Below, piece after piece: positions 10,155 to 20,058 of a DNA stretch of 64,000 bases; position 1 is the stretch's first letter, and each line of letters opens with the position of its first letter. The position numbers and the translations under genes were made by a program. The notes under the pieces are model-generated. The model was not told the origin of the DNA, searched no databases, and worked only from the letters and a program-made list of their open reading frames with translations. The stretch is from Longimicrobiales bacterium. Its GTDB lineage: Bacteria > Gemmatimonadota > Gemmatimonadetes > Longimicrobiales > Gaopeijiaceae. The stretch is from NCBI GenBank assembly GCA_965219445.1, contig CBDCNQ010000004.1, forward strand, positions 1,152,001-1,216,000, written 5' to 3'.

Positions 10155-11000
10155 ATGCGCCTCCCCAAACCGTCATCGTTCCTCACCTGCCCAGTGCCTC
10201 TAACGCGCTCCAAGCTGCTCACACGCGCAATACTGCTCACCGTGATCCTGGGTACGACCGTCCTGTGGATGACTCCGGTGCGTTCCCGAGCCCAGGTCAT
10301 TTCGCTCAAGACTGTCCCGGTGGCAACGGGCGATCAGTTCCTGCTCCTTCCTTCCGAGCGGCTCGGAATGGGAGGCATGTCTATCGCACTCGACGACATG
10401 CTGCTCGATCCCTTCGTGAACCCGGCGAAGGGCGCGCTCATCAGCGAGTCGGTCCTTCTGGGAACTCCGACGTTCTACGGAATCTCCAACGCAAGTGGCG
10501 CCGGCCGGTCCCTCCCGGTTAGCGCGCTCTTCCGCTCGAACCGCGGGTTCGGCGCCATCTCGTTCGCCCTACAGCAACTCGAGTCGGGTCAGCAGCAGGA
10601 TGTCATCTTCTTCGCGACCGACGTGTTTTGGGCGGGACCGCAACAACGCCTCAGCGAGTCGTCGGCCACCAATCTGTACCTGAATGGATCGGTCGGGAGG
10701 GAGCTCGGTGACAGTGGCTTTTCCGTAGGCGCGGGGGTCTCGTGGGCGGGCCTGAACGCTCTCGACGGTGTGGAGCACCTCTACGCCCTGAGCAACGGGA
10801 TCGACCAGTCAGGTCACCAGGCCGATTTCCGTGCGGGCTTGTTCTGGGATCGGCGGGAGGAGCACCATCTACCCATCCGGCCTGACCCGGGGCCACCAGC
10901 TGGTCCTGGGAAGTTTGGTCGTTGCCGTCAACCTAGGCGCTTATGGATTCCTGCTATGGCGGCGCTCCGCGGGTATATCCTCGGCGGAGGCCCATCGTGA
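10155..11000 (+). pseudogene. 3'-truncated outer-membrane beta-barrel protein
   Basis: Signal peptide, LGMGG..NPA and amphipathic strands; sequence becomes non-protein-like after about 10865. Confidence 0.55.
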
Positions 11001-11018
11001 ATAAGCAAGAGTCCCGCC

Positions 11019-13166
11019 CTAACGACTCGGCAGCTTGAAGACGTACAAGGCGTTCCCATTCTGGGGATGCCGGATTTCAGGCGTCACCGCGCGCGGCACA
11101 CCGCGCGGGCTCCCGCCCCCCACGCCAGTGCTGATGGCGATGTACTGTTCCCCATCCACCTCGAAGGACACCGGGAAGCCTTGGACCGACGTCCCGAGCC
11201 TGGTCTGCCACAGAACCTCACCGTTCCGAACGTCGTAGGCACGGAAGTAACGGTCGAGGTCACCCGGGAAGACGAGGCCGCCCCCAGTGCTCAGCGTGGC
11301 CGTGAGAAAGGCCGCCCGCTGTTCGACGCTCCACAGCTCTTCCATCGTATCGATTTCGTAGGCGCCGAGTTTACCCAAGCGACCGTTGGTTCCGGGCATA
11401 TCATTGAAGCGTCGGGACGCGCTCGAGCCGCCCGAACCGGGCTCGAGCACCATCGGTCGCCCCTGGATCTCCAGGCAACTCTGTGAGAGCGGAACGATGA
11501 GCGCGTTCACTTCGGGGCTATAGGACATCGACGGCCAGTTGTGGCCGCCTGCGGTGCTCGGGCACACGGCCACCCAGTCGCCGATCCCAGCCGAAGCGAT
11601 GTCTTCGCGGTAGCGGACCACGCCCGTCCGCGGATCGATGAAGTCGAAAATGTTCTGGTAGATCGACTCCTTGTGCGCCAGGTACTCTCCCCTCTCCCGA
11701 TCCAGCTTCCAGAGGATTCCGTGTTTCCCCATCGCGAACAGCAGGCGCTGGCCGTTGCGATCGATCAGGACCTGCTCGAAGGCCTCGTCCAGGTCGAGCG
11801 ATTCACCGGGAACGTGCTGGCGGTACCAGACGATGGAGCCGTCGTCCGGATCGATTGCCAGGGTGGAGTTGGAATAGAGCGCCGCGTCCTGAACCGTGAG
11901 GCCGCGGCTCGCGGCCACCCACGGCTTGGGCTGGGCGGTTCCCCAGTAGATGAGCCCGAGTTCGGGATCGTAGCTGCCGGTGTTCCACACGTCGACGCCC
12001 CCGCGGAGCTCCAACGGCAGATCACCCCAGGTGTCGCCCCCGGGCTCTCCCGGACGGGCGACCGTGAAGGTCCGCCACACTTCCTCGCCAGTGACGGCGT
12101 CGTGCGCCGTGATGAAGCAGCTCTCCTCGAAGAAGCGGGTGCACCCATTGATGCCGTTGAGTACCTTTCCCTGGACGACGATCGGACCGGCCGAGTTGGT
12201 GAAGCCCTGGTGATGGTCGGCGATCTGAGTCTCCCACACCGTCTCCCCAGTGCGGGCGTCTAGCGCTACCATGTAGGCGTCCCTGGTCGGGACGAAGATG
12301 TTCTCGCCGTAGATCGCCAGGTTGCGGAGTTGATTGAAACCACCGCGTGAAAAGTCGTCCGCGAATTCGCGCCTGTATTCCCAGAGCAGGGTGCCGTCGG
12401 TCCCGTCGAGCGCCTGAATGACGTTGCCCGGATTGGCGAGGTAAACGATGCCGTCATGCACCAGGGGCGTCGGCTGGTTGGTCCCGTCGCCCATCGCCCA
12501 CACCCACGCGAGCCTCAAACCGTCCACGTTGCTCCGGTTGATCTGGTCGAGCGGGCTGAAGCCCTGCGAATCGTATGTGCGCCGGTAGTTGATCCAATCG
12601 CCGTCGTCGGGATTGAGGAGATCCTGTTCGCTAACCGGCTCGAAGTCGGCGATCTCATGGAAGGTCCGAGTCACGCCCCTGGGCCCGGACGGATCGTCAT
12701 CGGCGGCCGCCCGCCGGCCCGCGTCGGCGGCCGCAGATACCTCGGCCACGGCACCCGTCAGCATGGACCCCACGGTCGTCTCGCGATTCGCTTGGACCAC
12801 CCGGCCGTCCCACTCCAAACCGTTGGCCGCTAGCACGTAGACCGTAATCGCATCGTATTCGGCCTCCCTCAACGAGTTAGGAGCCTCGGGAGGCATCGTA
12901 CGAACCGTCGCACGGAATTCGTTGAGCGTGCGCTCCGTCCAAACCGCACGGAAGTTGGGACCCGCCAACTCGGGCGCTTCGAACGATCCTCCGAGTGAGC
13001 CGAGGTGACAGGCCGCGCACACGCTTTCATAAGCGGCTTGGCCTGTGGTGTGCACCTCTTCGGTCAGCGAGAGAGGGGCCGCGTCCTGGGCGCTCAGCAG
13101 CGACCCCGGCGGCAGGAGAAACAGCGCAGCCGCGGCCCAAGCAAAAGATTTGGTAAAGCTCTTCAT
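11019..13166 (-). CDS. PQQ-dependent dehydrogenase family protein with N-terminal cytochrome c
   Basis: Signal peptide, CAACH heme motif, Trp-docking propeller repeats, CPSTAGGHNW. Confidence 0.9.
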   Translation of the reverse strand: MKSFTKSFAWAAAALFLLPPGSLLSAQDAAPLSLTEEVHTTGQAAYESVCAACHLGSLGGSFEAPELAGPNFRAVWTERTLNEFRATVRTMPPEAPNSLREAEYDAITVYVLAANGLEWDGRVVQANRETTVGSMLTGAVAEVSAAADAGRRAAADDDPSGPRGVTRTFHEIADFEPVSEQDLLNPDDGDWINYRRTYDSQGFSPLDQINRSNVDGLRLAWVWAMGDGTNQPTPLVHDGIVYLANPGNVIQALDGTDGTLLWEYRREFADDFSRGGFNQLRNLAIYGENIFVPTRDAYMVALDARTGETVWETQIADHHQGFTNSAGPIVVQGKVLNGINGCTRFFEESCFITAHDAVTGEEVWRTFTVARPGEPGGDTWGDLPLELRGGVDVWNTGSYDPELGLIYWGTAQPKPWVAASRGLTVQDAALYSNSTLAIDPDDGSIVWYRQHVPGESLDLDEAFEQVLIDRNGQRLLFAMGKHGILWKLDRERGEYLAHKESIYQNIFDFIDPRTGVVRYREDIASAGIGDWVAVCPSTAGGHNWPSMSYSPEVNALIVPLSQSCLEIQGRPMVLEPGSGGSSASRRFNDMPGTNGRLGKLGAYEIDTMEELWSVEQRAAFLTATLSTGGGLVFPGDLDRYFRAYDVRNGEVLWQTRLGTSVQGFPVSFEVDGEQYIAISTGVGGGSPRGVPRAVTPEIRHPQNGNALYVFKLPSR

Positions 13167-13240
13167 AGGAGTGCGTCCAGTAAGTCGACGGATCCGGTCT
13201 TGGGCGGGCTCGGCGCGCTCGCGGCGGCCCAGCTCCGGCG

Positions 13241-13741
13241 GTTGTGCTGCCGCAGGGCGCGCTCTTCCGCAAGGGTGCCGAGGGCGCCATTCGGCAGCAC
13301 CTCTTGGAGCGTGATCTTATCGAAGCAGTCATTGGGTTGGGCCCGAACATCTTCTATGGCACTGGGCTCGCGCCCGCGATTGTCGTCCTTCGGCGGGCGA
13401 AGACTGCCACGCGGAAGGGACAGGTGCTGATAGTGGACGCTTCGACCATGTTCCGGAAAGGTCGAGCTCAGAACTTTCTCGATCCCGAGCACCGCGAGCA
13501 CATCGTTGCCTGGGTGCACGCTTTCAAGGATGTAGCGGATCGCGCCAAAGTTGTCAGCCTGCGTGAGATCACGGCTGAAGATTGGACGCTCAACATCTCG
13601 CGCTACGTGCTGCCGCCTATCGGGGAGGAGATCCCACCGTTGCCAGAGGCGATCGCGGCCTTCAAGCAGGCGCTCTCTGAATGCCGAGGGGCCGAGGACC
13701 GCCTGCGGGAGGTCATGACCGACGGAAACTGGCTCGCATGA
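13241..13741 (+). pseudogene. hsdM: C-terminal fragment of a first type I methyltransferase subunit
   Basis: LPQGALFR, VIGLGPNIFYGT, TLNISRYV; SAM-binding and NPP motifs missing; stop overlaps next ATG. Confidence 0.85.
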
Positions 13742-15249
13742 GCACATCCGCTGAACACATGAGCCAGCAGGACCTTGAGTCCTACCTCTGGGGCGCCGCG
13801 AAGCTCTTGCGGGGCCTGATCGATGCCGGCGACTACAAGCAGTACGTCTTCCCGTTGCTCTTCTTCAAGCGCCTGTCGGACGTGTGGGACGAGGAGTACC
13901 AACGCGCGCGCGACGAGACGGGTAACGCTCGGGCCACTGCCGATGACCGTTTCGTGATCCCCGACGGCGCACACTGGTCCGACGTCCGCAGTGCGTCTCG
14001 CGACGTGGGCCGGGCACTGCTTAAGGCCTTCCGCGCCATTGAGGCGGCCAACCCGGAGCGCCTGAACGGCGTCTTCGGGAATGCCTCGTGGACAGACAAG
14101 GCGCAGATGCCCGACGAGACGCTGAAGAATCTCATCGAGCACTTTTCACAGCACACCTTGAGCTTGGCCAAGGTCCCAGAGGACGAGCTGGGCAACGGCT
14201 ACGAGTACCTCATCAAGCAGTTCGCCGCCGACAGCGGCCACACCGCGCAGGAATTTTACACCAACCGCACCGTGGTCCATCTCATGACGCAGATGCTTGA
14301 GCCGCAACCGGGTGATCGCATCTACGATCCAACGGCCGGCACGGCCGGCATGCTCATCTCGTCGCTGGCGGAGGTGAAACGCCGAGGCGGTGACGCGCGC
14401 ACGCTGGGGCTATACGGCCAGGAGCTGATCCACATCACGGCCGCCATTGCCCGGATGAACTTGGTCCTGCACGGCGTGGAAGACTTCGAGATCGTCGCGG
14501 GCAACACGTTGAGCCAGCCAGCATTCATCGACCGCGACCACCTACGGACTTTCGACGTGGTCCTCGCCAATCCGCCGTACTCGATCAAGAAGTGGAACCG
14601 CGAGGCGTGGCAGCACGACCCCTGGGGCCGCAACTTCCTCGGGACGCCGCCGCAGGGCCGCGCCGACTACGCCTTCTTCCAGCACATCCTCAAGAGCCTC
14701 GACCCACAGACCGGCCGCTGCGCAATTCTCTTCCCGCATGGTGTGCTCTTCCGCAACGAAGAAGCGGCGATGCGGCGACAGCTTGTCGAGTTGGACCTTC
14801 TCGAGTGTGTGCTCGGCCTCGGACCGAACCTCTTCTATAACTCGCCCATGGAAGCCTGCGTGGTGGTGTGCCGAACACGGAAGCCCTCCGGCCGCGAGGG
14901 AAAGGTCTTGTTCATCGACGCTGTGCATGACGTGGCACGGGAGCGGGCCCAGAGCTTCCTCAAGGCCGAACATCAGCAGCGCATTCTCACCGCCTATCAG
15001 GCGTTTACCGATGACCCCGGCTTCGCCAAGGTCGCGACGGCGACGGAAATCCTCCAGAAGGACGGCAACCTGTCGATCTCACGCTACGTGCGGCCAGTTG
15101 CCGGTGCAGCCGACGACGCCAGCCCAGGCGGCGATCTGCGGAGCGCTTGGGCCGAGTTCGAAGCGAGCGGCCGCGATTTCTGGCCGCAGATGGACGCGCT
15201 CGTAGACATACTGGATGGCGTTGCCACAGAGGAGACGTCCGATGCTTAA
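13738..15249 (+). CDS. hsdM: Type I R-M methyltransferase subunit (NPPY, m6A type)
   Basis: EFYT, DPTAGTAG, NPPY, FPHGVLFR. Confidence 0.95.
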   Translation: MSTSAEHMSQQDLESYLWGAAKLLRGLIDAGDYKQYVFPLLFFKRLSDVWDEEYQRARDETGNARATADDRFVIPDGAHWSDVRSASRDVGRALLKAFRAIEAANPERLNGVFGNASWTDKAQMPDETLKNLIEHFSQHTLSLAKVPEDELGNGYEYLIKQFAADSGHTAQEFYTNRTVVHLMTQMLEPQPGDRIYDPTAGTAGMLISSLAEVKRRGGDARTLGLYGQELIHITAAIARMNLVLHGVEDFEIVAGNTLSQPAFIDRDHLRTFDVVLANPPYSIKKWNREAWQHDPWGRNFLGTPPQGRADYAFFQHILKSLDPQTGRCAILFPHGVLFRNEEAAMRRQLVELDLLECVLGLGPNLFYNSPMEACVVVCRTRKPSGREGKVLFIDAVHDVARERAQSFLKAEHQQRILTAYQAFTDDPGFAKVATATEILQKDGNLSISRYVRPVAGAADDASPGGDLRSAWAEFEASGRDFWPQMDALVDILDGVATEETSDA

Positions 15250-16423
15250 ATCGGCGTCCAAGAACGGGTGGATCAAGCACCGCTTCGATGAGATGGCGGT
15301 CGTGGTCAATGACCGCATCGATGACCCTGCCAAAGCCGACGTTGAGTACTACGTCGGCCTTGAGCATCTCGACTCTGAGTCACTCGCCATCCGTCGATGG
15401 GGAGCACCCTCTGACGTAGGTGCAACCAAACTGCGATTTCGGGCTGGTGACATCATCTTCGGTCGGCGGCGGGTGTACCAACGCAAGCTGGCGGTGGCCG
15501 ACTTTGACGGCATTTGTTCGGCGCACGCCATGGTACTCCGGGCGAAGCCAGCCGTCGCGTTGCCTGAGTTCCTACCATTTTTCATGCAGAGCGACCTCTT
15601 TATGGAGAGGGCGAGGGAGATTTCTGTCGGATCCCTGTCGCCGACAATCAACTGGAAGACCTTGGCGAAGGAAGAGTTCGCCCTGCCGCCGCTGGGAGAG
15701 CAGCGGCGGATTGCTGAGGTTCTAGGTGCAGCGGAGTCGGTGGTTGAGTCGCTACGTAACCTGAGACGATCGCTCCACGCTGTAGAAATCGGACACCTTG
15801 AGGACGTCATGCTCGGAATGCCTAATAGTGCACTTGTACCTGTGGCGACACTACTCCGCGAGCCGCCGCGAAACGGCATCTCCCCGAGTGTAAACTCCGA
15901 TGGAGAAGGCCTCAAGACAGTGAGTATCAGCGCGGTCAGTGACGGGATCTTCGATCCAACCGGGTGCATCAAACATGCGAAGATCGATGCTGACGTTGCC
16001 TGCCAGTTCTTTGTAAAGCGCGGGGATGCCTTTGTCATTCGTGGCAACGGGAATCGTCAACTTTGCGGCAAGGTGGGCCTCAGCGACGAATCCCACGATG
16101 AACTCTTCTACCCGGATCTTCTAATTCGGCTTCGTTTTGACACGAACAAAATTCTCCCGCAGTTCGCAGTAGCACAGTGGAACTTGCCCAGCGTCCATAG
16201 GCGGCTTAGTGCTAAAGCTAAGTCATCAAATGGGATCTGGAAGGTCAATGGACAAGACATCCGTGCTCACCATCTCTTCGCCCCTGCTCCTGCGGAACAG
16301 CGGAGCATGATGGGAGATCTCGCCACGCTTCGGGCGGGTCTTTGGAATGTCCGGGCACGCGAAGGAGCCGCTCAGCGTATCAAAGGGATATTAACGACAG
16401 AGGTTGGGTCAATAGGTGTGTAA
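15242..16423 (+). CDS. hsdS: Type I R-M specificity subunit; last codons supplied by the IS256 end
   Basis: Two TRDs with PPLGEQRRIA and PAEQR spacers; C-terminal EVGSIGV is read from the IR at 16400. Confidence 0.92.
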   Translation: MLKSASKNGWIKHRFDEMAVVVNDRIDDPAKADVEYYVGLEHLDSESLAIRRWGAPSDVGATKLRFRAGDIIFGRRRVYQRKLAVADFDGICSAHAMVLRAKPAVALPEFLPFFMQSDLFMERAREISVGSLSPTINWKTLAKEEFALPPLGEQRRIAEVLGAAESVVESLRNLRRSLHAVEIGHLEDVMLGMPNSALVPVATLLREPPRNGISPSVNSDGEGLKTVSISAVSDGIFDPTGCIKHAKIDADVACQFFVKRGDAFVIRGNGNRQLCGKVGLSDESHDELFYPDLLIRLRFDTNKILPQFAVAQWNLPSVHRRLSAKAKSSNGIWKVNGQDIRAHHLFAPAPAEQRSMMGDLATLRAGLWNVRAREGAAQRIKGILTTEVGSIGV

Positions 16424-16428
16424 ATGTT

Positions 16429-17673
16429 TCAGGCGGCGTTTTTCCGCTGTTGGGTTGAGACGGGCTTTCCGTCTTCGAACTTTCTTCCTTCAAATACGTC
16501 CTTGAGGAGGTGAGGAGCGTCGAGCCTTCTGAAGCGCTTCTCCGCCACCAAGAGCAGCTTCCAGATCAGCGCCGTAGCGCTCTCGACCCGCTTGAAGCGC
16601 TTCGCCGCCGTTGTCCTGAGCCGTACTGCGGCAAAGGGGCTCTCGACCACGTTCGTCGTGCGTAGATGCTTCCAGTGGTCCTCGGGGAAGTCGTAGAACG
16701 CCACCATCCGCTCCCAGTCGTCCTCGAGTACATCCACCGCCTTCGGATACCACGGTCTGTAGCGCCTGGCGAACGCCTCACGGGCCTTCAGCGCCTCGGA
16801 CCGCCTCGGTGCGTAGACCACGGTCCTGAGAAGGTCCTTCGCCTCGCTCTGCTCCCGCTGAGGCAGCCGGTCCAGCACGTTCCTCATCTTGTGGTTCCAG
16901 CACCGTTGCTCGCCCGCCTCAGGCCATACCTGCCGTACTGCGCCCCAGATCGCCGCGTTGCCGTCCGCCATCAAAAGCCGGGGCGCCTCGATGCCGCGTG
17001 CCTTCAGATCCCGCAACACCTCGGACCAGGACTCGACCGACTCTCGGTAGCCCGATCTCAGGGCCAACACCTCCTTCGTACCATCTCGCATCGCACCGAG
17101 AACCACCAGCAGCGCTGCCTTGTCCCGCTCGAGCCCCGCCTTCACGTAGATCCCGTCCGCCCAGACGTAGACGACCTCACGGTCGGCCAGCGAGCGCTTC
17201 GACCATTCCTCGAATTTCCTTGTCCATCCCGCCCGCAGCCGCCAAATCGAAGACTTCGACAACGGGGCCCCCTCGCCCAGCAGGCCCCGCATCGCCAGCT
17301 CGAAGTCTCCCTCCGCCAGCCCGTGCAGATACAGCTCCGGAAGCAGAGCACCCACCTCCTTCGTCCGTCGTGCGAACAACGGCAACACCCGACTCTCGAA
17401 CCGCTCCTCAATGCCTCGAACCCGGGGCCGTCGGAGCATGATCGTGCCCGAGCTCATCGCCAGCCGCCGAGCCTTGCCGTAGCCGTTGCGGTAGCCTGGC
17501 GCCGGGTCTACGACCGTCTTCCGCTCCGACTTCTCCCGGCCGAGCAACTCCGTCACTTCCTCCTCCAGAATCCGCTGGACCATCTCCTGGGCCTTCTCAC
17601 GAACCAGCGCTTCCAAGCACTCCCACGTCGGCGTGCTGGACTCACTCTCGGGTCCCACCATATTCTTCCTCAC
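16429..17673 (-). CDS. IS256-family DDE transposase
   Basis: YRNGY, WADG, MADG, QRCWNH, RTTNVVES. Confidence 0.95.
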   Translation of the reverse strand: MRKNMVGPESESSTPTWECLEALVREKAQEMVQRILEEEVTELLGREKSERKTVVDPAPGYRNGYGKARRLAMSSGTIMLRRPRVRGIEERFESRVLPLFARRTKEVGALLPELYLHGLAEGDFELAMRGLLGEGAPLSKSSIWRLRAGWTRKFEEWSKRSLADREVVYVWADGIYVKAGLERDKAALLVVLGAMRDGTKEVLALRSGYRESVESWSEVLRDLKARGIEAPRLLMADGNAAIWGAVRQVWPEAGEQRCWNHKMRNVLDRLPQREQSEAKDLLRTVVYAPRRSEALKAREAFARRYRPWYPKAVDVLEDDWERMVAFYDFPEDHWKHLRTTNVVESPFAAVRLRTTAAKRFKRVESATALIWKLLLVAEKRFRRLDAPHLLKDVFEGRKFEDGKPVSTQQRKNAA

Positions 17674-17766
17674 GAGGCATCGTTCCTTTCCCCCGGGCGC
17701 TCACCCGGGATTCGCTGGTTAACTTCTTACTACCTAGCGGAAAGGTACGTCGCCTCTTTTTTTACA

Positions 17767-19666
17767 ATCGGGATAGGGGAGGACCGGCGATCCCGGTCCT
17801 TCCCCTCCCACACCACCAGGCATGCGGGTCCGCACCTGGCGGTTCGGTGAGTTGAGGTCAGTACGGCGTGAGCCGGGGCACACCCAGCTCGTCGAAGTAC
17901 GCCCCTGGCAAGGCCGTGTGCAGGGCGTGGTGCGCGGCCACGTGCCACCAGCTTCGCGCGAACCGAGCAGCTCGCCAGGCGAGGTTCTCGCTCACACCGC
18001 GAGCCCTCAACTCCCGGTACGCTGTCCTTCCCCGTTTCCACTGGCGTAATTGCAACGTACGCAGCCGGCGGTGGATCCATTGGTCCAGGTCTCGGAAAAC
18101 CCCCGGTGTATCCGCTAAGCCGAAGTATGCCTTCCACCCCAGCACGTAGCGCCGTAGCTCTTCTGCCACCTGTTGCAGGCTCCGCCCGCCACTCCGGCTT
18201 GTAATCTGCCGGACTCGCTCCTTGAACTTCGTCAGGGCCTTCTTGCTGACCCGGCGCTTCACGACCTTCCCTGCCGCTACCCAGAAGCTGTAGCCCAGGA
18301 ACTGTCGATCCCACACTCGCGCCACCGCGCTCTTTTCCTCGTTGACCTGAAGCCGAAGTTTCCCGTACAAGTGCCTCAGCGCCTGCATCACACGTTGTCC
18401 TGCCCGCCTCGACCGCACGTATACATTGCAGTCATCGGCGTACCGGACAAACGCGTGTCCGCGTAGCTCCAACTCCTTGTCCACTTCGTCCAGGAGCACG
18501 TTCGCCAGCAACGGCGACAACGGTCCGCCCTGAGGCGTCCCCATGTGCCGCTCCATCACCACCCCGTTCGCCATGACTCCGGCTTCCAGGTAGCGACGGA
18601 GGATCCGCAGCATCGCCTTATCCTCGATCCGCTTTGCCAGCCGCCCCATCAGCACGTCGTGGTTCACCCGGTCGAAAAACTTCTCCAGGTCCACATCCAC
18701 CACCCATCGTCTCCCCTCCTGGATGTAGTGCTGCGCTTCGCGCACCGCATCGTGCGCTCGGCGCCCAGGCCGGAAGCCGTGGCTGTGCCGACTGAACGTC
18801 GGGTCGAACCTCGGTTGCATCACCTGCAGGATGGCTTGTTGGATGAACCGGTCCAGCACGGTCGGAATCCCCAACTCCCGGACCCCTCCCCCACTCTTCG
18901 GTATCTCCTGCCTTCGTACCGGCTTCGGTTGGTAGGTCCCCGCCAGCAACCGCTGTCGGATCTCCCCCCAGTGCCTGCGCAAGTACTCTGGCAGCTCCTC
19001 CACGTTCATCCCGTCGATGCCCGGACTGCCCTTATTCTGCCGCACGCGTTTCAACGCTCCTACGAGGTTGGCACGCCCGACCACCTCCTGCATCAGGAGA
19101 TGCTCGCTTCCTGAGCGCTCGTCTCCATGGGCCACCGTTCCGGCTTCGCCACTCCCCTCTACCTTCGGGGCTTCACCCCTATCCTCCAGTGGGAGCTCCA
19201 GTTGCCTGGACTCCTGGCGCATGGCCTTGCCGAGGTCCACGGTCGTCACGCTCTCCTCTCCGTTCGGCCCTTCGTCCGACAAAGCTGGGTCCAAGCGCAT
19301 CATGCACTTCGTCGGCCTACTATGGCCTCTGCTGACTTCTCGCTCCGCCGGCAGGCCCAACAGCGCAGTGCCGGCGTCACCCTTTCAGGCGTCAGGCGAG
19401 ACCTCCCCGGGTAAGAACGATGACCTTCCCCGCACAATCGCCGGATCTACGCCGCTTCCCCTTGGTCGCAGGAGCTTCGCGGTCAGTGGTCCGCTCGCCC
19501 CGGTCCGCAGCGCCTCGTATCCGGTTCCTGTTCGTCGACTCACGGGTTCGTTTCACGCTTCGTTCAGCGTACGCCTCACGACGAACGCCTTGCGCTTCCC
19601 TTCGGTCCCTGCGACCAGGTTCCGGGAGGACTTTCACCTCCAAGTCATCGCCCATGCCGGGCCCAC
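17767..19666 (-). ncRNA. Group II intron, class C (1900 nt)
   Basis: 5' GTGGGCCCGGCATGGG; short domain V with CGC triad; domain VI with bulged A; 3' end CCCGAT; removal restores the IS256 IRL exactly. Confidence 0.92.
17858..19249 (-). CDS. ltrA: Group II intron reverse transcriptase/maturase, no endonuclease domain
   Basis: RT0 SPGIDG, DLEKFFD, PQGGPLSP, YADD, FLGY, domain X; GTG start with RBS (start uncertain). Confidence 0.95.
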   Translation of the reverse strand: MTTVDLGKAMRQESRQLELPLEDRGEAPKVEGSGEAGTVAHGDERSGSEHLLMQEVVGRANLVGALKRVRQNKGSPGIDGMNVEELPEYLRRHWGEIRQRLLAGTYQPKPVRRQEIPKSGGGVRELGIPTVLDRFIQQAILQVMQPRFDPTFSRHSHGFRPGRRAHDAVREAQHYIQEGRRWVVDVDLEKFFDRVNHDVLMGRLAKRIEDKAMLRILRRYLEAGVMANGVVMERHMGTPQGGPLSPLLANVLLDEVDKELELRGHAFVRYADDCNVYVRSRRAGQRVMQALRHLYGKLRLQVNEEKSAVARVWDRQFLGYSFWVAAGKVVKRRVSKKALTKFKERVRQITSRSGGRSLQQVAEELRRYVLGWKAYFGLADTPGVFRDLDQWIHRRLRTLQLRQWKRGRTAYRELRARGVSENLAWRAARFARSWWHVAAHHALHTALPGAYFDELGVPRLTPY

Positions 19667-19841
19667 CACCCTTCTATGGGGCTGGCGGTCAAGACGCACC
19701 TTCCCCACGCGCCGTCGGCTCATTTTTTGACCGTCGGCGTCCGCATGGTTTGGATTGCCCGGTCGACGACTCAGGGTGGGGAGGGGTGCGCTCGCAGGGT
19801 CCGCATCGCAGTCCGGAAGACGTTCACAGCCGTCGCGTTCT

Positions 19842-19990
19842 CCGCTCTGGAGCGGGAACCATCCTTCTATCTGGGACTCTGTGGCCCATCGCTTCGTTCG
19901 GCTCTCCAGGGGTGCATAGCCTTTGAGTGGGGGCTTGGGCTCTCTGCCCCGGCCCACGGTGTGTATGGATGCTGTCCCCTGTAACCGGTT
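19842..19990 (-). ncRNA. Predicted bridge/seek RNA (target and donor loops)
   Basis: Two stem-bounded internal loops carrying TACACACC + TCAAAGG (target) and GATG + ATAGAAGG (donor); transcript ends unknown. Confidence 0.8.
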
Positions 19991-20058
19991 CGCTTCCGTT
20001 TCGTCGGACCCCATGTTGTGACCGCTTTCGACCCCACGCTCGCCGATCCCAGGCCGGT

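Noticed and set aside
17858..19249. RT as a retron, DGR or defence RT beside the R-M genes
   Set aside because: It lies within a complete group II intron with domains V/VI and has a maturase domain
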